A stretch of DNA of 64,000 nt from a bacterium. Its GTDB lineage: Bacteria > Zhuqueibacterota > Zhuqueibacteria > Residuimicrobiales > Krinioviventaceae. Shown piece by piece: positions 19,605-29,380 of the stretch. The stretch covers positions 1 through 64,000 of the forward strand of contig CAXXFV010000013.1 in NCBI GenBank assembly GCA_963674595.2. The letters are read 5' to 3'. The notes below the pieces were generated by a model that was given only the letters and a program-made list of their open reading frames with translations, had not been told where the DNA came from and did not search any database. Position numbers and translations under genes: made by a program. Numbering within the stretch: position 1 is the stretch's first letter; each line of letters opens with the position of its first letter.

Positions 19605-19964
19605 TTACTGTTGTAATGATTCACGAATAACATCTATTATGCTTTGTCCTGAAGGTTTATTGTAGCATTTTCTTGGCAAGCCGGATTGATAGATATATAC
19701 AGCTTTGCTTTCAACGGTCAGTGTTAAAATCTTTAAATCAGGATTTTCTTTGAGTAATTGGCTGCAAATTTTAGGGTCACCGTTTACTTCAAGTGGTGTA
19801 ATGATGACCACATCAGCTTTTATCTCCCTGAGTGCAAAAATAAGTTCTATCGGGTCAACAACTTGACCAACTACTTCCATATCCGGTTGATGTTCAATCA
19901 GATTTCGAATGACTTCAGATAACAATTTTGGTCGGCTTGAAAACATTACACTAATTTTTGGCAT
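19605..19964 (-). CDS. Stand-alone degenerate NarL-type receiver domain
   Basis: LIEHQPDMEVVGQ..ADVVII..NPDLKILTL; lacks the acidic pocket and the phosphoacceptor Asp. Confidence 0.7.
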   Translation of the reverse strand: MPKISVMFSSRPKLLSEVIRNLIEHQPDMEVVGQVVDPIELIFALREIKADVVIITPLEVNGDPKICSQLLKENPDLKILTLTVESKAVYIYQSGLPRKCYNKPSGQSIIDVIRESLQQ

Positions 19965-20126
19965 GACATTCCTATAATTAAAATACCGGATAATATCAGC
20001 ATTTTAGTGTTGAGAAACAATAGACCCCAGGGTTCAATATGGAACTATGAAAGGGACCATACTAAAGATAGACCGGATTTGAAGTTTATGAAAAAAGTAC
20101 TGGTACTTTAGAAGGGAGACCCATAT

Positions 20127-20804
20127 TTATTTTTTTAACAGACTGCGTTCACGGGCATAGTTTACAGCTTCAAAGCGGTTATGCAATTGCAGCTTGTCAA
20201 GAATGTTATGGATATGATTTTTTACTGTCTGCGTTTCTATAAAAAGCTGTTTGGCAATTTCTTTATTCGATAGGCCTTCTGCAATCAAATTTATTACATC
20301 CAGCTCCCGCTCTGTAAGGTTTACAGAATTTGTTGGTATTTGTCCCCTGGTTTCTTTTGTCAACTCGGCAATCCGCGAGAAAAGTGAAGCCGCCATGCGG
20401 GGTGAACAGAATGTTTCATTTTGGTAAACAGCTCGAATCGTGTCAACCAGGTGCTCAAAAGAGTCCTCTTTTAATACATATCCTGTGGCCCCGGCTTCGA
20501 TACAGGCCATAATTTCATCAGTCAAATCTACTAAACCAAGAATAATCACCTTAACTTTGGGTAATTTCTGATGCAAAATTTGTGTCACTTCCAGCCCGTC
20601 TTTGTCAGGCATGCCAATGTCTATAAGTGCTACATCGGGTTGTAATTCAATTATTTGTTCAATAGCATTCTGACCGCAGGACGCGGTGCCTAAAACACTA
20701 AAATCCCTCTGTTCTTTTAACATAGAGACGAGTCCTTCAAGGAGCAGGCAATTATCATCTGCAATAAAAATACTAATAGATTTTAATTTCAAGAGTTTCC
20801 TCAA
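20127..20804 (-). CDS. NarL/LuxR family response regulator
   Basis: IADD, PDVALIDIGMP, GATGYVLK, LTERELDVINLIAEGLSNKEIA..TVKNHIHNIL. Confidence 0.95.
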   Translation of the reverse strand: MRKLLKLKSISIFIADDNCLLLEGLVSMLKEQRDFSVLGTASCGQNAIEQIIELQPDVALIDIGMPDKDGLEVTQILHQKLPKVKVIILGLVDLTDEIMACIEAGATGYVLKEDSFEHLVDTIRAVYQNETFCSPRMAASLFSRIAELTKETRGQIPTNSVNLTERELDVINLIAEGLSNKEIAKQLFIETQTVKNHIHNILDKLQLHNRFEAVNYARERSLLKK

Positions 20805-20982
20805 ATCTCATTTTTTTAAAAAAATAATGCAAACCTGTAATAATCGAAAAGAGGCATTAAACACAATTCCATCAAATAGTTTTTAAGGTTTTTAGTAATT
20901 ATTAGGTAATATAACAATTAATAACGAGAAATCACAGTTACATAATCAAGTTTGATCATTGACCGTAAATTTTCCAGGATTG

Positions 20983-21879
20983 TCAATTGATTTTACTTTT
21001 CTTTTGAGGGAAAAAATCACCCTTTCTGCGCCAAACTTTATATTCAATATCATCCTTTTTATCCTTTTTTACACTATACATTAAATCATCCGCAATTTTA
21101 ACGGCCGAATGAATATCCTCAGGTGGAGATTCAAACGTAACAACGCCTACACTAAAACTGACGTGCCATTTACCCACGGCCATTTTTTTGGATAATTTAT
21201 TTGAAACTTTTGCAAATGTTTTTTTTGCATCTTCAGAGTTTGTTTCCGGCAGCAAACTTAAAAATTCATCTCCACCAAGCCGCGCAACCTTGTCCGTTGC
21301 ACGCAAAGATGTTTTCAGGCTTTTGGCAACTTCTATGAGCAGCTTGTCACCCATTTCATGTCCCAAAGTATCATTAATTTCTTTAAAATTATCAATGTCA
21401 ATATATGCCAGCGAGAATATGTTGCCATATCTTTGAGATCGATGCACTTCATTTGTGAGTTCTACATAGAAACTCCTCGGACTCAGTACCCCTGTTAAAT
21501 TATCTGTATCAGCGGCAATTACTTCTACTCTATGAACACTCCGAAAATTGGTTATGATGATTGCCAGCAGTGAATAAGCACACAAATGAGATAATACACT
21601 GAAAATATAAGGCCAAACATCCATATTATATGTGGTTATAAATTTTATTGAAAACGCCCAGGCTATCGTCGAAATGAACGCCAAAAATACGCCAGCTTTT
21701 TTAGAACCGTACCAGCTAATCAAAACAATAGGAAGAAAAAGAAACGAATTCATATAAAGACCACCTGCAATGATATCAATGCATAAAATAGATGACAATA
21801 AAAACATTGATAACGACCAAATAAGCAGTGATGATCGTTTATCCAGAATATTAAATATGGTTTTCATCTTGTTCTGCAA
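20983..21879 (-). CDS. Membrane-bound diguanylate cyclase (GGDEF)
   Basis: TM N-terminus, DNLTG, DIDNFKEINDTLGH, RATD I-site plus ARLGGDEF. Confidence 0.92.
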   Translation of the reverse strand: MQNKMKTIFNILDKRSSLLIWSLSMFLLSSILCIDIIAGGLYMNSFLFLPIVLISWYGSKKAGVFLAFISTIAWAFSIKFITTYNMDVWPYIFSVLSHLCAYSLLAIIITNFRSVHRVEVIAADTDNLTGVLSPRSFYVELTNEVHRSQRYGNIFSLAYIDIDNFKEINDTLGHEMGDKLLIEVAKSLKTSLRATDKVARLGGDEFLSLLPETNSEDAKKTFAKVSNKLSKKMAVGKWHVSFSVGVVTFESPPEDIHSAVKIADDLMYSVKKDKKDDIEYKVWRRKGDFFPQKKSKIN

Positions 21880-22199
21880 GTTTTTTTTGATATGGATAGA
21901 TTAATTTTTTATGAGTTGACTAATTTTAACACCTATTATCTTAAATAAACAGTCTATATAAAAATATAAAACCTGGTTAAAATTTGTTTAGATTGTAAAT
22001 GAAGTAAAAAATGTTTTATCGGAAGTGTCTTTACTATAAAAGTAAAAAAGTGTGTATTTATTAGAAAAGAAAAAATACCGGCCCTTTATCAATTTAATTG
22101 ACAATTCTATAAGATCATTGCCGAAAACAGTTATTATAATATATTCAATTTATTTAATAAATAACAGCTAAAAGTGCAGTGTTTTTTTTGAGTTTAAGA

Positions 22200-22350
22200 A
22201 AAGGCCGAAAATCCCCTGCGAAACCAATGAAACCGGGATTATATCCCCAAGGTAATTGATCGTCCAAGGATTCTACCCTTGCACGGAATAAAAAAAGGGC
22301 TTGGCCCTTCTATTGCAAACATTCCTTATTTATGTGCAATGGTGCGGTAA
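22200..22350. repeat. Intergenic REP-like palindrome mosaic
   Basis: ATCCCCTGCGAAACCAATGAAACCGGGATTATATCCCC, GATCGTCCAAGG..CCCTTG, AAGGGCTTGGCCCTT, GCAATGGTGCGGTA. Confidence 0.8.
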
Positions 22351-22353
22351 ACC

Positions 22354-23028
22354 TCACCCAACGACGTTGGGATTAAATCCCTTTACAAAAAGCCAGATGG
22401 GCAATAAAAACAGTTCAAATAAAGCGCCAGGTACATATAAAATACCTCCTGCCCCGGTTGTATTAATTATCCCAAGAATATCCAAAGGAGCACTCACTAA
22501 TAACAATGCATATCCAATAAGGCCTGCCACCGAAATGAATCGTGGAATTAAACGTGTTTTGTAAAGTAAATAACACAGCATGATACTGGCAATACCCAGA
22601 ATAATCATTGCTGTTTGATAACCACTATATCTGGCTTTTACAGCCAAATTTGCCAGGGTTTGAAAATAGGATACCTCCGGAGAGCCTGCCTTTATATATT
22701 CCTGACTCAGAACTAAAAGAAGAAAATAAACAATGACACCAATGATAAGGAGTAAACACTCCATCACTCTCGAGCATACATATGTAATGGCTATTATTTT
22801 ATTGTGCTTTTCCAAAATCGGGTAAAACAAAATTGCAATTCCTGCAACCCCAAGGGACATGAATAAAATTGAGAATGCTCCGATATAAAATTTAAATTCA
22901 TTAACATAATAGCCGGCAAGTGGTCCGTGGAGAAGTGGCGCCACAGCATAAGCATCAATCATCCCCAGAATCATCGTAATAATAAACAGAGCACCCACAG
23001 CTTTTGCCAGTTTGTTTTCTGTATCCAT
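22354..23028 (-). CDS. DUF4386 family membrane protein
   Basis: Multi-TM; AVGALFI, LYKTRLIPRFISVAGLIGY, PGALFEL..WLFVKGFN. Confidence 0.8.
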   Translation of the reverse strand: MDTENKLAKAVGALFIITMILGMIDAYAVAPLLHGPLAGYYVNEFKFYIGAFSILFMSLGVAGIAILFYPILEKHNKIIAITYVCSRVMECLLLIIGVIVYFLLLVLSQEYIKAGSPEVSYFQTLANLAVKARYSGYQTAMIILGIASIMLCYLLYKTRLIPRFISVAGLIGYALLLVSAPLDILGIINTTGAGGILYVPGALFELFLLPIWLFVKGFNPNVVG

Positions 23029-23179
23029 ACTTTTCTCATTTTGTTAAAATTTAGCCTTTATATATTTCCAAAGCCATATCTACAACGGCGGCATCCTGGC
23101 TTTTCCCTAAATATAGTTATTTTTTATACAAAATGGTTAAATATAAGAACTTTTTATTCGTCCAAAACGTTCACACACC

Positions 23180-23390
23180 ATTTACCGCTCGCCGGGGATT
23201 TGCAATCCCATGCGGAACCAATAAAATCGGGATTTTTTCCTCCAATGCCAAAAAGCGCCCTCCCTTCAACTTCACTCAGGGTGACACGGTTTAAAATTAT
23301 CCTTCCCCGTCATCCCGAGCGGAGTCGAGGGATGCTCAGAGCCCAGTCTCCTTTCCACCCTTCGACTACGCTCAGGGTGACGCCTGTTAA
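23180..23390. repeat. Intergenic REP-like palindrome mosaic including an inverted REP doublet
   Basis: GTCATCCCGAGCGGAGTCGAGGG...CCCTTCGACTACGCTCAGGGTGAC. Confidence 0.85.
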
Positions 23391-23544
23391 AAAAAACAAT
23401 CTAAAACATGTATACCATTTGGTATACAAAATCGTGAAATTTTAAATTTTAAATTCTACTTTATTGAATATTCATTCAAAACGATTTCAGCCTATTTATA
23501 AAATTTACAACACATTACATAAAAAATCAGCAAAATCCCAAAAC

Positions 23545-23560
23545 TGGCACAAATCCTGCA
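23545..23560 (+). promoter_or_regulatory. Putative sigma54 (-24/-12) promoter
   Basis: TGGCAC-AAATC-CTGCA about 60 bp upstream of the REC-kinase/cheW/MCP operon. Confidence 0.6.
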
Positions 23561-23619
23561 TTAGTCCGGATATAAATACGCATCTGTAGAGGAATGAACA
23601 ATATAGAGAAGGAAACAGA

Positions 23620-24621
23620 TTGAAATTATTACTCATAGACGACCAAAAAGATGTAACACTCAGTCTAAAAGAAGCAATTGAACCAGGGGGCCATGAATGT
23701 GTGATGTATAACAATCCCCGAAAAGCGATTGAAAAGTTTAGACAGGATAATTTTGATGCCATCATAACAGATTATAAAATGCCCGGGATGAATGGTATAG
23801 ACATTTTAAAAGAAGCCCAGCAGCAAAAACCAGGGTTACCGGTTATTATATTAACGGGTTTTGCCAATGCAGATAATGCAATTGAAGCCGTTAATCATGG
23901 TGCTTATGCCTTTATGAAAAAACCATTGGACTTTAAGACATTTTTAAATACCCTGAAAGATATTGAAACAAAATTCTATCGCCATCCAAATGTAAAAACA
24001 AAATGCAACAAACTTTTAAAAGAAAATCAAATACTAGTTAAAGAAATTCATCATCGAATCAAAAACAACCTTCAGCTTATCAACAGCCTGATAAAATTGC
24101 AGCAACAGCATATAAGCAACCAGGAAGCAAAAGATATTCTCAGTAAAACATATCAAAGAATTCAAGCCATTTCAATGGTTCACGAAAAACTCTACAGCTC
24201 TGAAAACTTGAATTTAAACCTTGAAAAATATATAAAACAACAAACAAAAGACATGTTATCTTGTGCGCCGGATAGTATTAAAATAAAAACTAAATTCAAC
24301 TTGAATCCAATTTATGTCAGTATCAACAATGCGGTTCCCTGGGGAATTGTTATATACGAACTGACTAATAATGCTATTCTACACGCTTTTCAACATCAAA
24401 AAAATATAGATAATACTATCACCATCAGCCTTCATAAAAACAAGGCAAATCGAATAGAATTATCAATTTCCGACAATGGTGTCGGGTTTCCCGACTCTTT
24501 TGATATTGGTAATATACACACGTTGGGTCTAAATATGGTTTCACTCATTGTTCAAACACAGCTTGAAGGAACAATGACAATAGAAAGACAGCCTGAAAAC
24601 TGTATACACATTTTAGTTTAA
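23620..24621 (+). CDS. Receiver domain plus HisKA_2-type histidine kinase
   Basis: LLIDD, TDYKMPGMNG, KEIHHRIKNNLQ, ELTNNAILHAF, DNGVG. Confidence 0.9.
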   Translation: MKLLLIDDQKDVTLSLKEAIEPGGHECVMYNNPRKAIEKFRQDNFDAIITDYKMPGMNGIDILKEAQQQKPGLPVIILTGFANADNAIEAVNHGAYAFMKKPLDFKTFLNTLKDIETKFYRHPNVKTKCNKLLKENQILVKEIHHRIKNNLQLINSLIKLQQQHISNQEAKDILSKTYQRIQAISMVHEKLYSSENLNLNLEKYIKQQTKDMLSCAPDSIKIKTKFNLNPIYVSINNAVPWGIVIYELTNNAILHAFQHQKNIDNTITISLHKNKANRIELSISDNGVGFPDSFDIGNIHTLGLNMVSLIVQTQLEGTMTIERQPENCIHILV

Positions 24622-24673
24622 CCTAAAATTAATTTAATACAATTAAAAAATGGACATGGAAAAGGAGTTAAAT

Positions 24674-25198
24674 ATGGCTAACACAAAAAATGAAACGGTT
24701 GTTAACCGTGCATTTGATCTTGGCGGTAAATATCTGACATTTTTCCTCGGCTCAGAAGAATATGCATTGGAAATTCTTAAAGTCGTGGAAATTGTTGGGT
24801 TCATTCCACCTACGCCCATTCCACAAACTCCGAATTTCATATTAGGCCTGATTAACCTGAGAGGGAAAATTTTGCCTATTATGGATCTGCGGTCCAAATT
24901 CAATATGACAAACCAGGAACAAAACGAAGAAACAGTTATTATTGATGTGCAGGTACGCGGAGTGGAGATGGGAATTGTGGTGGACAAAGTATCTGAAGTA
25001 TTAGATATTCCAACAGAGTCGATAGAAGAAGCGCCGGATTTTGGAACAAACATCACTACGGACTTTATTCTTGGAATTGGTAAAACAGAAAAAAATGTGA
25101 AAATTCTGTTAAACATAGATAAAGTATTAACCAGAGAAGAATTAAAATCAGTAGAAAAAATGGCGCAAAACACAAAACAGGAACAAGCTGCTGCTTAA
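24674..25198 (+). CDS. cheW: Chemotaxis adaptor CheW
   Basis: KYLTFFLGSEEYA, PIPQTPNFILGLINLRGKILP, GIVVDKVSEV; AAGGAG RBS. Confidence 0.95.
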   Translation: MANTKNETVVNRAFDLGGKYLTFFLGSEEYALEILKVVEIVGFIPPTPIPQTPNFILGLINLRGKILPIMDLRSKFNMTNQEQNEETVIIDVQVRGVEMGIVVDKVSEVLDIPTESIEEAPDFGTNITTDFILGIGKTEKNVKILLNIDKVLTREELKSVEKMAQNTKQEQAAA

Positions 25199-25237
25199 CA
25201 AATTGACAATACGGAATAGAGTTTTAGGAGAAAAAAA

Positions 25238-27649
25238 ATGAAAAACAAATTAAAAAGTTTAAAATACCTGTTAACGATCATTGTTGTATTTGGCTTTATC
25301 GTTTTAATAGCCGTTAGTGGAATCATTTCCTACAGGTCGGCATACCACGCTGTTGAAGAATCGTTCGTCAACCAATTGTTAAATTTTAATAAAGATATTG
25401 ATCGTCAGCTCGTTAACTTTATAGAAGACCAAAAAAACAACGCTCTCTTTTTAGCGAAAAACAGAACTGTCGTCAATGCAATGAAAACCGGTAATTATGA
25501 TGAAGCGTCAGAATTATTAAAAACCTTTTATAATCAAAAGGGAATTTATGAAAACACATTCCTCTCAACCGCGCAAGAGAACTCGGAAATTGTCGCGGAT
25601 CCGGGAATCGGCTCCGTAGGTCTAAAATGGCGCAACACCGGTTTTAATGATAATATTACAGCCACACTGGCAGGTAAAGTTCATGTTAGCGACATCAACA
25701 AATCACCTGTAAACGGAATGATCGTCAAAGTGATAACAGCACCCATTATGGACAATGGTGAGGTTATTGGTATCCTTGGTTTACCGGTTGATGTTGGAAC
25801 CTATTCTTATAAACTGGTTAGTGAATTAACGATGGGTGTGACAGGTTATGCATTCGTAATAAACGATGAAGGAAAGACATTTGCCCATCCGGACAAGAAA
25901 CAAATTTATAATCTTAATGTTTCTGATTTTGACTGGGGAAGACAAATTCTGGATTCTAAAGGAGAAACATTAATTCGCTATGAATGGGAAGGCAAAAAGA
26001 AGATTTTAACAGCGGTTTATAACAAAGAATATAACCATTACGTTGCTGCAACAATTTATGTCTCAGACATTTCAGCAGAAGCAACCACAATGGCAAAAAC
26101 AACCGCAACAATTGGTATTTTACTGCTTGTTCTTATCGGTGGATTTATTGCAATATTCCTTATTAAAAGATTACAGCCATTGCAGGATGCTGTTACTGTT
26201 GCCGACAAACTGGCCCTTGGTGATATAAATGTAGACATTCATGCAAAACGTGATGATGAAATAGGTCAATTGATCTCATCCTTTAACAAAATGATCGGCT
26301 CTTTACGTGAAAAAGTCCGGGCAGCAGAAAGCATCGCGGCCGGAGATTTTTCAGTCAACGTCGAAGCCGCATCCAGAGCCGATGTACTTGGTAATGCAAT
26401 GATTACCATGAAACAAAGTGTAGGTCATATGGTAACGGACGTCAACATGCTGGCAAAAGCTGCGGTTGAAGGCCAGCTTTCTGTTCGTGCAGATCAAAGC
26501 AAACATGCCGGCGAATATGGCAATATCGTTAACGGCATCAACAACACGCTGGATGCCGTTGTAGGCCCGATAAATGAGGCTGCCGATGTATTAGACCGTG
26601 TAGCGAATCGTGATCTATCAGCAAGAATTTTAGGCGATTATAAAGGTGACTATGCCCGAATCAAAAATGCCGTCAATACAGCCGTTTCAAACCTCGATGA
26701 AGGTATGCAGCAGGTTTCCATAGCCTCGGAACAGGTTGCCTCCGCATCTGATCAAATCGGAACAGGCAGCCAGGTTGTTGCCCAGGGAGCATCCGAACAA
26801 GCCAGTTCTTTGGAAGAAGTTTCCAGTAACCTGCAGGAAATGTCTGCCATGACAAAACAAAACACTGCAACCGCCAAAGAAGCAAAAACCACTTCCGAAA
26901 GAGCACGTGAATTTGCAGCGCAGGGAAGCGACAGCATGAACAATCTTTCTGATGCAATCAGTCAAATTAAAAACTCTTCAGATGAAACTGCAAAAATCGT
27001 TAAAACCATTGATGAAATTGCATTTCAAACAAACTTGCTGGCCCTTAACGCAGCCGTAGAAGCAGCCAGAGCCGGCGAAGCAGGCAAAGGATTTGCCGTT
27101 GTGGCCGAAGAAGTTCGTAACCTGGCAATGCGCAGTGCAAAAGCCGCTAAAGACACGGCAGCTATGATCCAGGAAGCTGTTAAAAACGCGGATAACGGTG
27201 TTAATTTAAACGTTGAAGTAACAAAAATATTAAAAGAAACAACCGAAAACGTAAACAAAGTCGGCGAAATGATGGCTGAAATTGCCGCCGCTTCTGAACA
27301 GCAAAGCGAAGGTATTGACCAGATTAATAGCGCTGTTGACCAGATGAATCAGGTCACCCAGCAAAACGCTGCAAACTCTGAAGAATCAGCAAGCGCCGCA
27401 CAAGAACTCTCCAGTCAGGCAGAAGAAATGCGCAGCCTGGTGGCAGCTTATAAATTAAGCAAAGAGACAAGTTCCTATAGCAGTAAAGGTTCGATGAATT
27501 TTAATACTGTTCAACGGCCTGCACCTGCGCCTGTTAACATTGCTAAAAACGGAAACTCTAAAGATAGTGATCCGGAAACAGTCATTCCATTTAGTAACGG
27601 AAATGCTTTTTCATCATCATCAGATGGTGATATTTTAAAACATTTTTAA
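25238..27649 (+). CDS. Methyl-accepting chemotaxis protein with Cache sensor and HAMP domains
   Basis: 2 TM, Cache-like periplasmic region, [37 protein letters not shown]. Confidence 0.95.
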   Translation: MKNKLKSLKYLLTIIVVFGFIVLIAVSGIISYRSAYHAVEESFVNQLLNFNKDIDRQLVNFIEDQKNNALFLAKNRTVVNAMKTGNYDEASELLKTFYNQKGIYENTFLSTAQENSEIVADPGIGSVGLKWRNTGFNDNITATLAGKVHVSDINKSPVNGMIVKVITAPIMDNGEVIGILGLPVDVGTYSYKLVSELTMGVTGYAFVINDEGKTFAHPDKKQIYNLNVSDFDWGRQILDSKGETLIRYEWEGKKKILTAVYNKEYNHYVAATIYVSDISAEATTMAKTTATIGILLLVLIGGFIAIFLIKRLQPLQDAVTVADKLALGDINVDIHAKRDDEIGQLISSFNKMIGSLREKVRAAESIAAGDFSVNVEAASRADVLGNAMITMKQSVGHMVTDVNMLAKAAVEGQLSVRADQSKHAGEYGNIVNGINNTLDAVVGPINEAADVLDRVANRDLSARILGDYKGDYARIKNAVNTAVSNLDEGMQQVSIASEQVASASDQIGTGSQVVAQGASEQASSLEEVSSNLQEMSAMTKQNTATAKEAKTTSERAREFAAQGSDSMNNLSDAISQIKNSSDETAKIVKTIDEIAFQTNLLALNAAVEAARAGEAGKGFAVVAEEVRNLAMRSAKAAKDTAAMIQEAVKNADNGVNLNVEVTKILKETTENVNKVGEMMAEIAAASEQQSEGIDQINSAVDQMNQVTQQNAANSEESASAAQELSSQAEEMRSLVAAYKLSKETSSYSSKGSMNFNTVQRPAPAPVNIAKNGNSKDSDPETVIPFSNGNAFSSSSDGDILKHF

Positions 27650-27903
27650 ATATATATTCCGTTTCTTTTGCAGATTTGGTTTTAATGTGTGTTATGTTTA
27701 TGTATAATTAATATGAGGTAAATAACATCTGCAAAAGAAGCCTTTATAGCTGTAATACGCAAATGAATGGCTCTCAACACATTGTTGGAGCCATTTTTGA
27801 TTTGCCCTTATGTCATCCCGAGCGGAGTCGAGGGATTCTCAGAGATACTCGCCCCGGAAACATTCCCAAAACGAACAAAAGATTTTCAATTCAACGGCAG
27901 ATT

Positions 27904-28920
27904 TTACTTGAATTCCTCGCGGTCATCAGAATGTTTTGCAAACCGGCCTTTATCTTTCGGGTGCACATTATCGTGCCGTGGCCACGGCCATCCCCCGAAT
28001 TGGGTCGTTTGATAATCATAAAAAGCCTGTTGTATCTCTTGCCGGGTATTCATAACAAACGGACCGTGCTGCACAACCGGTTCGTTAATCGGACGTCCCT
28101 GCAACAACAACAGAGAGGCCGGCTCATTTCCATTTTCAAGAATAACAGAATTTTCAGGCAGCAGATCCACAGAATTATACGAGTCAATTTCAATACCTGC
28201 AAGCCTGATCTTGTCGCCCCTGTAAAAATATAGAGAACGGTTGATCTCAGGTGATGCTGTTGGAATGGTCCATTGGGCATTTGCCTCTAATTGAACAAGC
28301 CAGATAGCCACCTCATTGCTTGCATCATGTGCCCAGGAGTCCGGCGCAGGTTCCGGGGCCGTGGTGTCACTGATTCTTCCGGCAATGATGGTTATTTCAA
28401 TTGCCCTGCCGGACGGGTCCTTTGTTGTCAGTGTGGGGATGTCCTCAGCCCACAACATATTATAATACGGATTCGCAAACTTTTTTTCCTTTGGTAGGTT
28501 TAGCCAGATTTGAAAAAGTTCAAGCGGATTCTCTTTATCCTGGTTGATGAGCGGAAACATTTCACAGTGCTGAAGTCCCGCACCTGCCGTCATCCATTGA
28601 ACGTCGCCATCGCCATATCGGCCCGACGCTCCATGCGAATCGGAATGATCGACAAATCCCTTTAAAGCGACGGTAACAGTTTCAAACCCTCTATGAGGAT
28701 GGGCCGGAAAACCGGGAATCCTTTCTCCATGATACATTCGCCAGCCATCCTTTATCGTAAAATCCTGTCCCAGATTACGTCCTGCCAGCGACGCATTGGG
28801 TCCCAATTCGGCGTTGCCTGCCGGATAGTTGTCCTGGTGATGCACACAAAAAAGAAACGGATTGGGAGTTTCCCAGGTAAAACCAAGAGGTTTAATATTT
28901 GAAATGAGTTTATTATACAT
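27904..28920 (-). CDS. Pirin family protein
   Basis: GFPAHPHRGFETVT, HSDS, QWMTAGAGLQHCEM, FQIWLNLP, GPFVMNT. Confidence 0.95.
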   Translation of the reverse strand: MYNKLISNIKPLGFTWETPNPFLFCVHHQDNYPAGNAELGPNASLAGRNLGQDFTIKDGWRMYHGERIPGFPAHPHRGFETVTVALKGFVDHSDSHGASGRYGDGDVQWMTAGAGLQHCEMFPLINQDKENPLELFQIWLNLPKEKKFANPYYNMLWAEDIPTLTTKDPSGRAIEITIIAGRISDTTAPEPAPDSWAHDASNEVAIWLVQLEANAQWTIPTASPEINRSLYFYRGDKIRLAGIEIDSYNSVDLLPENSVILENGNEPASLLLLQGRPINEPVVQHGPFVMNTRQEIQQAFYDYQTTQFGGWPWPRHDNVHPKDKGRFAKHSDDREEFK

Positions 28921-28954
28921 GTTCTCACCTCATCTTGAATAAAAATTATGTTAT

Positions 28955-29330
28955 GGATCAATTTGATCTTCAAGGGGTTCTCTACCCTTGTAAAGAATAA
29001 CAAAAGGGTTTTGCCCTTCTATTCCAATCATTCCCTATGTATGGTTATAATGTGCATACGTTGTAGGGGCAATTCATGAATTGCCCTTCCTGTCATCCCG
29101 AGCGGAGTCGAGGGATGATTATCGACCTGTCTCCTGTCCACCCTTCGACTTCGCTCAGGGTGACACCCATCAACAACACGAGAGGTGACATGATTTAGTC
29201 CGTCTACACGTCATCCCGAGCAGAGTTAAGGGATGATTATAGACCTGTCTCCTGTCCACCCTTCGACTACGCTCAGGGTAACACCCATTTTAAATTCGTC
29301 TTCCCCTCATCCCAAACAAATTCAAGAGCG
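28955..29330. repeat. Intergenic mosaic with two tandem REP-doublet (REPIN-like) hairpins
   Basis: GTCATCCCGAG...GACCTGTCTCCTGTCCACCCTTCGACT.CGCTCAGGGT.ACACCCA twice; GTAGGGGCAATTCATGAATTGCCC. Confidence 0.85.
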
Positions 29331-29336
29331 GCATAT

Positions 29337-29365
29337 AAAAAAAAGGGAACTCAGCGTTCCCTTTT
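29337..29365 (-). terminator. Rho-independent terminator
   Basis: AAAAGGGAAC-TCAGC-GTTCCCTTTT hairpin with T-run on the minus strand after 29381-31318. Confidence 0.65.
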
Positions 29366-29380
29366 CACATCAATACTCTT

